From NCBI GenBank assembly GCA_977020255.1, contig CDROCS010000370.1:1984001-2048000 (forward strand): 64,000 nucleotides of DNA. Reading direction: 5' to 3'. A program made the position numbers and the translations under genes. This DNA is from Obrimoposthia wandeli (lineage: Eukaryota). Each line of letters begins with the position of its first letter. The first letter of the stretch is position 1. Below, one piece after another: positions 58,601-64,000 of this stretch. The notes beneath the pieces were generated by a model. That model saw only the letters and a program-made list of their open reading frames with translations, did not search any database and was not told the DNA's origin.

Positions 58601-61168
58601 AATTTGAAAGTAATCAACGAGGAGAATCGGAACAAGGAACCGATGATTGTACATGCAAATCGATGTAAATTGGTACCAAATAAAGATAACGCGTCACGAT
58701 ATGAGTTAAGATCACAGAAATTGAAGCCGAATACCAATACCATTAAACTTACACGAATGGTAAGTGATCGGAACTACATAAAAATGATGACGAATGGTAG
58801 CGAGAAAAAACCAGCGAGAATTGGTATGCTCAGAATGAAGCACCAAGAGGAAAAGGAAGTAATCCGACACATCGCACCACAAGAGATATTAGAAGAAGAT
58901 GAAGAGATAATAGTTGTTTTCGAAAAAACACAATCAACAGATGTGGCTAAAGAAGTCATTGTGAAAGATGCACTGACAAACGAATTTCTGTGCGAACTTA
59001 GAGTGTCATACTATGACGGAAATACACTAGTCGCAGCACTTTATCAAAACTCCAATGTGTTTACGACTGAGAAAGTGATAATCGAAATCACATTGACACC
59101 AAACATAGTTGCATGGCAGAACTATGACAGTACTGAAGCAGGACTAGCCAGTCAGGAAGAAAAGGAACCGGCCGGTGGTCACATACTGTATGGTACACCA
59201 AAAAGACTCAAACAAGAATACCACGATGTAATAATGGTATTACGTAATTCACATGGGAAAAGAGATATTATGAGAGTTCATTTAATCGACGCAGACACCG
59301 AAAAGATAATTTGTCAGATGGACGCCAAATACTTTGATGGAAAGACAATTGTATGTTGTATACCAGAATCTCACCGGTTAGACACAGATCAAACGGAAGT
59401 ATCTGTAAGGTTGAGCGTAATAGAAGGATTTCATTCGCCAAACCAACCGGAAGTGACCAACAATAAAATCATCAAAGCAACGGCAGAGTTACGCATTGAC
59501 AGCGGATACCGGAAGTGGGAAGCTAAAAATAAAAAACCACAAAGAATCAATATGATCCGAGAACAAGTAACCAACTCAATCCAGCCAAAATATCATGCTG
59601 AAATAGTATCATCCGCGCCAAGTGTGATTACATCGATAAACGACGAAATTTTAATTTTACTAAAAAGTCGATGGCCGTCATCAACCGAGATACGAGTCAA
59701 TTTAATTAATTATGCGAAAACACCGATATCTAAGCTGAATGTTACCTATTTCGATGGATTATCCATCATGGGTAAATTAGAAACAATTGTCATGTACTAT
59801 GGAGCGCAGTTCCAAGTTGAGATACTTAAAGATAGCGTAATACCGTATCCGATTCACAAATACGAAGGGGAAATCAATCCAATTATTCTAACCCCTTCAT
59901 TAATTTCAGTTCAGACAGACATACCAGAATACCCTTCGAGCGAGTCTAGTCAAGACAGCGAACCGGAAAGTAACGATACAGAATCAACAGAATCCGAAGA
60001 TAACATGATAGAGCGATTCGGAAAAACCATGGAGGTTGAATTCGCTAAAGAGAGCAGAAAAAGACAAAACATAGAATTCGTGAAACAGAATATACAAGAA
60101 AGACGAATTAAATCTGCAGAAGAGACCGAGTCGGAAGAAGACTCAACAAAGGAACAGACATCAGAGACAAAGATGAATATCTCTCCAGCAATACGAATGC
60201 TGAGAGGAAAGAAACTGGCGAAACTATCCAACATCGACGAACAGATAGAGAAGAGATTAGAAAGACTAAAACTCGAAGAGTCAGAATTATTGCCACCAAT
60301 GAGTGAGATCATTCCAGATAAGTTATACCTCGGAAATGTGGAAGATGCAACAGATGAAAAGAAACTGTTGGAACAAGGGATAACATACGTGATCAACGTT
60401 ACAATGAATCACAAATCACAATATCAGACAATCAGAGCTATGACATTACGAGTAAAAGACTCAATGGACGCTAATCTTCTCGAATGGTTCGTAGAAACAA
60501 ACGAAATACTTCACAGAGAACTCCGAAACCAAGGAAAAGTGTTGGTACATTGTCAAAAAGGAATCTCTCGATCAGCAACCCTAGTATTAGCATATCTAAT
60601 AAAGACTAGACGAATGCAGGTACTAGAAGCACTGAAATACCTACAGGAGAGAAGAAGTATTGCAAACCCAAATCTTAATTTTTTGGGACAGTTGTCAAAT
60701 TACCAACTTCTGTTGCAAGAACAAAGACGGATGGATGACATCCCTGAGGATCCAAAGGAAAAGAATTTCCTCCAAGCATTATCATTGACCGGGTTATTCT
60801 TAGCCGGAGTCGACAAAATTACACAAATAATGCCAAAAGTATTTTTATGTTATCCAGGATATATAGATACTGCTGGATTAAAGTTCCACAGTATCAACCG
60901 AGTAATCAACATTGTTGAAGTCGGAAACGAGATAATTAGTCTGTGTCAAAATACTGAAGACGACACCACTCGATACATACATGCTTCCAATCGAGAGATA
61001 AACGATGCACAACAACATCTGACGAAATTGACTCAAACCATCCAAGCCGAAGTCACAGAAGGAAACGGCGTGCTGATATATCAGAAAAAAGGTACGATGT
61101 TAGCGCCTACCATAGGTGTATCCTTGTCACACACCAGAAGAAGCGATGGTCTACATCAAACAGAATAG
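52643..61168 (+). CDS. Envelope C-terminus/TM, protease, BIR, BIR-like, RING, protease, RT, RNase H, integrase, three TIG-like repeats, DUSP and pseudo-DUSP
   Basis: DTG at 53693 and 55337; CVWC...H...CPF; CAVC...CGH...CPIC; YIDD 56552; TDAS 56996; HHCC and D-D-E; HCQKGISRS 60548; in frame with the previous ORF across a single TAA (52610-52612). Confidence 0.93.
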   Translation: MRTTNRCTSELAVTHNLKELFVEPITRMILPKDTPTKEISCSNIMAPEYQMTNDLCITLPDRKPTKTPAMIKMTNLKGKMKFEAVENMENAGLYNEKDLKAAWNEIMFPVKRARVLTEMVHRALPPGARYANFDMLLSPSHFKEAAHQTLRKMWGKFLVLGQLFSGIIGIYVIIKFVQVIIAQVLSTYSLYRITGITWQLIIGCFPFLAKYLMHHHHENELRALKKEQHQTRTMMREPRNYQDDNDDDNDSPGVYAKIPGKPKIPLPDKEEVALNLYPMKELKEEKEKFKRGILMIRWPKMSYSEIPQAEEKDKKDNSRIILKSRISNENPNAPPQVAVTLNGREYLAEVDTGSAVSVLSKEILSSKELREVCPRKQTFVNVNGTDVVSEGTLKCSLNIDGRALQLNARIFTDCGSPVMIGMDVIRMFEGIIILPNNKSYKNDSSVREIKMLRRPIVEKEKYTTFRMGNSYQDKKQEALVKSILHYKNVNLGPQEMTRRKITYVNLSEKDPMRFEKKRRNILEQYYSKEMARKMARSGLEMLNATSSYGHEEVVRCVWCRVKFREWEKNENPMRRHKKDAPNCPFLLKLKTSNVPEIQKGKAPDFDYSDEIPKGKSALITGRVITNSRIEDIFEVMREVNECDEQYREVTFEDPRLKKLAKKGLFAIKKDGKDVIKCHKCKKERIIDRYTLELPKKILHHEFCEFCMLKNKIKQKEQKTECIIEYQITRKEILAQQDTPVVSFVRRLYPKEAERIRDLVELKIKTTRNGYGSIFELLKDKDDSTIETKEKEYINELEYVLEDPECAVCMVNKIEVAFLPCGHVRTCRRCANEMVSCPICRRIIDRQERNIRFHYPNLGSGPTECNNSINTIYHMENINGAQRPAAIIRVNNLRVKALIDTGAVASIVSEDCFTEEQKRTMAEPDEFLVSVNGDPVKVTGILPCTFIIGRNTITIPVRIMKECPEPTILGMDVLSQLKGISIDLQDPRLKDSTSNRQINQIDVIIENPIKIGKRSQFLIQGHTLSEDKGPVVFEPSRDFIEKYELPVVSTVCLIENHKIPVRLMNTTNNDILLYRGMRLGKIAQMENPTVCAMKLDKDTNDYEEIVIQSERLTTREKKQLLDLIHKFPKVIAKNPYDIGETPVIKHTIPLTEDKVVRRRPYRVPLQLQDEVKSQIEDMSKTGVIRPSFSPFSAPVVLVKKKDGKMRFCIDFRELNKITRKDVYPLPRIEEMLDKLGNSDYFTTLDLQSGYWQIEIEEEDKHKTAFSCGDGLYECEKMPFGLTGAPATFQRCMNFVLASCANTMVYIDDIIIFSKTFEEHLKNLEVVFKRLENAKLKVKPTKCEWAKERVTFLGHIVSKEGIRPDPAKIEKVKAHLAPKTVKEIQSFLGLANYYRRFVEHFSDIATPLRKLTRKDEKFIWGEEAQQAFEHLKERLIKAPILAFPDINRQFILMTDASNYAVGAVLGQEDDEGREHVIAYASRGLNRAERGYSVIEKECLAIVYSCRQYRHYLLGQKVFLYTDHKPLQFLYKHRDEMSRLNRWFLKLAEFDLEIRYRTGKSNGNADCLSRLTNVDEKGNIIPEEDETNDQKGEANLLTILLKTGKIDKEIIKEQKEDEELSLIKELLVKGDLNDEMTKKYSIKEGILYIVNNVGKIIVVIPKSLKTAVMIQYHDGTLGGHLSGRKTIARIKEKYHWDGMEDDIKQWCKQCKVCLTRKDTGTRTKVPLKPMPVPLAPMEFTAMDILGPLRESSKGNKYVIVFTDYMTRWVEAYPMQNQKAETIAQILVEEIIFRYGVPRKLLTDQGKNFTGEVIKAVSKIFGIMKLQTSPYHPQTYGLVERFNKTLCMMVQSYCSDKQEDWDKYLPSCLYAYRNSVREATGHTPFYLMYLRQNNMPMDLEWTEPTSQYLETEQYIVVMKERLQDAWTKAGVKLKFNQEGYKKQYDKKAKPHEFRVGDQVMIFYPVIEPGLSFKLHRPYKGPYKVIQTTSTNLKVINEENRNKEPMIVHANRCKLVPNKDNASRYELRSQKLKPNTNTIKLTRMVSDRNYIKMMTNGSEKKPARIGMLRMKHQEEKEVIRHIAPQEILEEDEEIIVVFEKTQSTDVAKEVIVKDALTNEFLCELRVSYYDGNTLVAALYQNSNVFTTEKVIIEITLTPNIVAWQNYDSTEAGLASQEEKEPAGGHILYGTPKRLKQEYHDVIMVLRNSHGKRDIMRVHLIDADTEKIICQMDAKYFDGKTIVCCIPESHRLDTDQTEVSVRLSVIEGFHSPNQPEVTNNKIIKATAELRIDSGYRKWEAKNKKPQRINMIREQVTNSIQPKYHAEIVSSAPSVITSINDEILILLKSRWPSSTEIRVNLINYAKTPISKLNVTYFDGLSIMGKLETIVMYYGAQFQVEILKDSVIPYPIHKYEGEINPIILTPSLISVQTDIPEYPSSESSQDSEPESNDTESTESEDNMIERFGKTMEVEFAKESRKRQNIEFVKQNIQERRIKSAEETESEEDSTKEQTSETKMNISPAIRMLRGKKLAKLSNIDEQIEKRLERLKLEESELLPPMSEIIPDKLYLGNVEDATDEKKLLEQGITYVINVTMNHKSQYQTIRAMTLRVKDSMDANLLEWFVETNEILHRELRNQGKVLVHCQKGISRSATLVLAYLIKTRRMQVLEALKYLQERRSIANPNLNFLGQLSNYQLLLQEQRRMDDIPEDPKEKNFLQALSLTGLFLAGVDKITQIMPKVFLCYPGYIDTAGLKFHSINRVINIVEVGNEIISLCQNTEDDTTRYIHASNREINDAQQHLTKLTQTIQAEVTEGNGVLIYQKKGTMLAPTIGVSLSHTRRSDGLHQTE

Positions 61169-62627
61169 ACCAGATACGGAATTCAAACCGTTACTCGTTC
61201 GAGAAATAGAGAAGTACGCCGAAAAGAGGAAGCAACAACGAGAAACAAATGAAGCTACAACAACAGTGCCCAGCTTTCAATACCAAAGATTGCTAGCGAT
61301 AGGCTTGTTAAGTTGTCTAATGCCGATAACGGGAGCACAAGAGATAGACTCCAACCACGGAAATAGTTCCTGGTTCAAAGAAATCCACAACTACATCATA
61401 CAGTACCATACACCGGCACTGATGATGCTATTAGTGTTGTTAGGATTAATTGATGTGTGGATCATCCGAAAATGTCTCCGATCTATGAGAACCGACAGTA
61501 AACGATTTCAGTTTGTAAAGATGAAAAGACCAAATGGACCGACGAACAAAGTACTTGTGTATCTAGACGAAAGGATCGAGAACAACATAGTAAATGAAGC
61601 GATATTTTACCCACAAAACAGAATACTGAATCAATTCCGAATGGATTACGAAGCTGACCGACAGCGCACACTTGACCGAATATCAACAACATTCGCCGGA
61701 TGCAAGCGGAGAAAACGAATTGTAAAGGAAATACAAAAAGATGCTGATACAAAAGGACCGACGTATATATTCGACGGCGATGTCATCAAAACACGTGAGT
61801 ATGGAAGTAAGAGAGTGATAATTGAAACGATGGAAGGACATAAAACATGCTTGTCCGCCAAAAATGGATTCGGAAAGTTGATGATACAAGGTAAACAGGT
61901 ACAGTTGATTATCGGAAAAACTGGAATCGAAGAAATGTCAAAACAACGACAGACAACAAAACGATCCAACCAGAAACAGATATCACTCAAACGAATGATA
62001 ATTAAAACCCTTTGCAAAAGGTCAGTCAAGGCCCTGTGCACCGTTGCACAAGGATTGATCTACGGAGTAGTAATTGGATTGGTACTACAAGCCATGCCGA
62101 CCAGTAAAGCTGAACTGATGACATTATCTGAATATAATCTACATTTGAGAAATCTGGACAACACCCTAGAAATAATCAAGACGTCCCACAGTAAAGCCGT
62201 GATGATCATGTGTGTAAAAGGATGTCCAGGACGAATGTGTATAGTTCCAGCGACCGAAATGAAAACACTTAATGGACATTATGGAATTAGTGTTGTCACA
62301 TGTGAAGACTACACATTTGGACAAACTAAAATAGTACTTCTCAGTGACATGTCCAACCAAAGTGCACATAAATTTAAAATATTAACCATCAAGAGTAAAG
62401 GGATACCAGCAATACGTTATGGTATTCTAGAATTGGTTAATCCAATACTGGCACTGATCATTGGATTTATAATATTAATATTACTCATCTTGTTTTGTTG
62501 TACAAAGATAGAGTTGAGATCAAAAAAGAAACGTCATGATCTCGCAAGACGAACAGGTCAAATGAATTTACAAAAATTCAACACAAGTATACCAAGACCA
62601 CCCTTCCTAGATGAACCAGCACCATAG
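61116..62627 (+). CDS. Pseudo-DUSP C-terminus followed by two signal-peptide/TM cassettes
   Basis: EEAMVYIKQNRP completes the second DUSP fold across a +1 shift; hydrophobic segments at ~61287, 61416, 62052 and 62445. Confidence 0.75.
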   Translation: MYPCHTPEEAMVYIKQNRPDTEFKPLLVREIEKYAEKRKQQRETNEATTTVPSFQYQRLLAIGLLSCLMPITGAQEIDSNHGNSSWFKEIHNYIIQYHTPALMMLLVLLGLIDVWIIRKCLRSMRTDSKRFQFVKMKRPNGPTNKVLVYLDERIENNIVNEAIFYPQNRILNQFRMDYEADRQRTLDRISTTFAGCKRRKRIVKEIQKDADTKGPTYIFDGDVIKTREYGSKRVIIETMEGHKTCLSAKNGFGKLMIQGKQVQLIIGKTGIEEMSKQRQTTKRSNQKQISLKRMIIKTLCKRSVKALCTVAQGLIYGVVIGLVLQAMPTSKAELMTLSEYNLHLRNLDNTLEIIKTSHSKAVMIMCVKGCPGRMCIVPATEMKTLNGHYGISVVTCEDYTFGQTKIVLLSDMSNQSAHKFKILTIKSKGIPAIRYGILELVNPILALIIGFIILILLILFCCTKIELRSKKKRHDLARRTGQMNLQKFNTSIPRPPFLDEPAP

Positions 62628-63953
62628 TACCAGCCAACGATATATGAACATATCGAGGAAAGACCGTACTATATGAGTAATTTGAGCTGTTTCATTGAAA
62701 TTCCTGAGTTTAGGAATCGAACGATCATAGGAATCATGCTGATCATACAAATTACCACTACCAAGGCTAGTTATGAGATCATGATCAGTAAATGGAGACA
62801 AGACGTAATACGGGCGTTATACATAGAAATCCCTCTATTAAAAACAAATCACGTAGTAGACATTCATCTACAGACGTCAGCAACCGACAATATCGATCAG
62901 AAATTGTATGTCATCCGACAGGTCAGAATCAAGATCGACCAAAGTACACCCGACTACAAACTAATATTATTCCATCATGAAAGAGTGTTATACCTACGGA
63001 TAACGATATCAAAGAGGAAGCGGATTATCCAAAGTATCCGAACAAAGTCATTAATATTGCCTAGAGATGAGCGCATCTGGAAAATTGTCGACAGGATTAT
63101 GATCACAGGTAGACGACGTAAAGCCGTATGGAATTCCGTTAGAATATTTTTCAGATTGCTAGAAACTGACAAAGTAACAGTATCGTGTCCCAATCCAGAT
63201 GGCGGAATCAGATTCGAAATCCAAAACCAAATGTTAGTACCACATTTTGATACAGAATGTCTATGTAACCGAATTCCCAGCAATGCTACAGAGACCTCGA
63301 CCATAATCATGGTAATAACAGGTGAAATATTCTACATAACTCTAAGATACCAGAACCGTCGATTTCGTAGATCCGGTATAAGTATCAAACCCAGGAAAAT
63401 CATTCCCAAAAAACCAATCCTAGTCAAAAAGAAGGCAAAGGTAAACGAAAGTAAACACCATTCCAAAAAGCCGAAAGTGATCAGAACAAAGACAGAAGCG
63501 AAAGAAAAAGAGCTCAATTCCAGAAACCAAAGTACAGTGATTAAGAGGACAAGAGTGAGGGGAACGATCCCACTAGATCCCAAACATAATTTCCAATCCA
63601 AAATAATAATACCTGTTCCATCAGAAACAAAACACCCAAATCCACGAATTTTTAGAAAATCGGACATAATACATGGAAACCGATCAAAACCCATGGAAAT
63701 GTCATTCGAACCGACAAACAACAAAATGAAGTATGATTATCAATCATCAGATAGCAGAGTAACAGCGGTCAATGCTCTAATTGGAATGGCCGTAGTGTCA
63801 ACAGCAGTGGTTCTATTGACAGTTGTGTGCGTAAAAGGCAGTCAAGTATGCCCAAGAATACGACGAAAATGCGAAGGACTGCGATGCTGTGACACACCCA
63901 CCATGGAGGAAGTGGAACTGCGACCCTTACCTCCGCCTCCCATCAAGATATGA
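62628..63953 (+). CDS. Terminal polyprotein segment: signal-peptide/ectodomain/TM cassette with Pro-rich tail (first ATG 62673)
   Basis: In frame with the previous ORF across a single TAG (62625-62627); hydrophobic segments at ~62718 and 63776; ends PLPPPPIKI*. Confidence 0.7.
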   Translation, partial: YQPTIYEHIEERPYYMSNLSCFIEIPEFRNRTIIGIMLIIQITTTKASYEIMISKWRQDVIRALYIEIPLLKTNHVVDIHLQTSATDNIDQKLYVIRQVRIKIDQSTPDYKLILFHHERVLYLRITISKRKRIIQSIRTKSLILPRDERIWKIVDRIMITGRRRKAVWNSVRIFFRLLETDKVTVSCPNPDGGIRFEIQNQMLVPHFDTECLCNRIPSNATETSTIIMVITGEIFYITLRYQNRRFRRSGISIKPRKIIPKKPILVKKKAKVNESKHHSKKPKVIRTKTEAKEKELNSRNQSTVIKRTRVRGTIPLDPKHNFQSKIIIPVPSETKHPNPRIFRKSDIIHGNRSKPMEMSFEPTNNKMKYDYQSSDSRVTAVNALIGMAVVSTAVVLLTVVCVKGSQVCPRIRRKCEGLRCCDTPTMEEVELRPLPPPPIKI

Positions 63954-64000
63954 TAAGTCAGAGGAGGTTGTAGATAAATTAGTGTGTGAAATATGTAGAA

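Larger units (their letters stand above)
46435..64000 (+). mobile_element. Giant Ty3/Gypsy (Metaviridae) LTR retroelement with envelope and cargo domains; 3' end beyond or unresolved in the window
   Basis: PBS, gag with CCHC knuckle, PR-RT-RH-IN order, Gypsy-type RT (SPFSAPVVLVKKKDG.MRFCIDFRELN, YIDD) and GPY motif. Confidence 0.95.

Noticed and set aside
47781-63724. Numerous minus-strand ORFs over the retroelement
   Set aside because: Shadow frames of long A-rich coding sequence; no motifs recognised.
63960-64000. Purine run AGAGGAGG followed by TGTAG as polypurine tract and start of the 3' LTR
   Set aside because: The 32 available bases do not match 44630 (TGTTAGATTT) or any upstream segment I could find; left unresolved.
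1-64000. Assigning a host taxon
   Set aside because: Mini-introns, AT richness and divergent proteins fit several fast-evolving invertebrate lineages; this needs a database search.

Overview
AT-rich eukaryotic (probably invertebrate animal) genomic DNA; the host cannot be identified from the sequence. Bases 1-34 kb hold the 3' twelve exons of a calpain-15/SOL gene (+ strand, 817 codons visible, catalytic C/H/N intact). Its introns range from 40 nt to 9.8 kb and contain LINE, DNA-transposon, Gypsy and Polinton/adintovirus relics, a nested intact divergent kinase with an inverted partial copy, a solo LTR, and two homologous orphan ORFs. Bases 34-44 kb hold a hAT deletion derivative, an intronless NHP2 gene and further relics. 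Bases 44.6-64 kb hold an 1801-bp LTR and a giant Ty3/Gypsy element. Its coding region reconstructs, across only four lesions, as one polyprotein of about 5,460 codons: Gag, ubiquitin-like domain, AT-hook, Bcl-2-like domain, chuvirus/gB-like envelope glycoprotein placed before pol, protease, BIR, BIR-like, RING, second protease, RT, RNase H, integrase, three TIG-like repeats, DUSP, pseudo-DUSP and three signal-peptide/TM cassettes. This anti-apoptotic, enveloped retroelement is the main candidate system. The 3' LTR is not confirmed in the window. All family assignments come from motif recognition by eye, not database searches.
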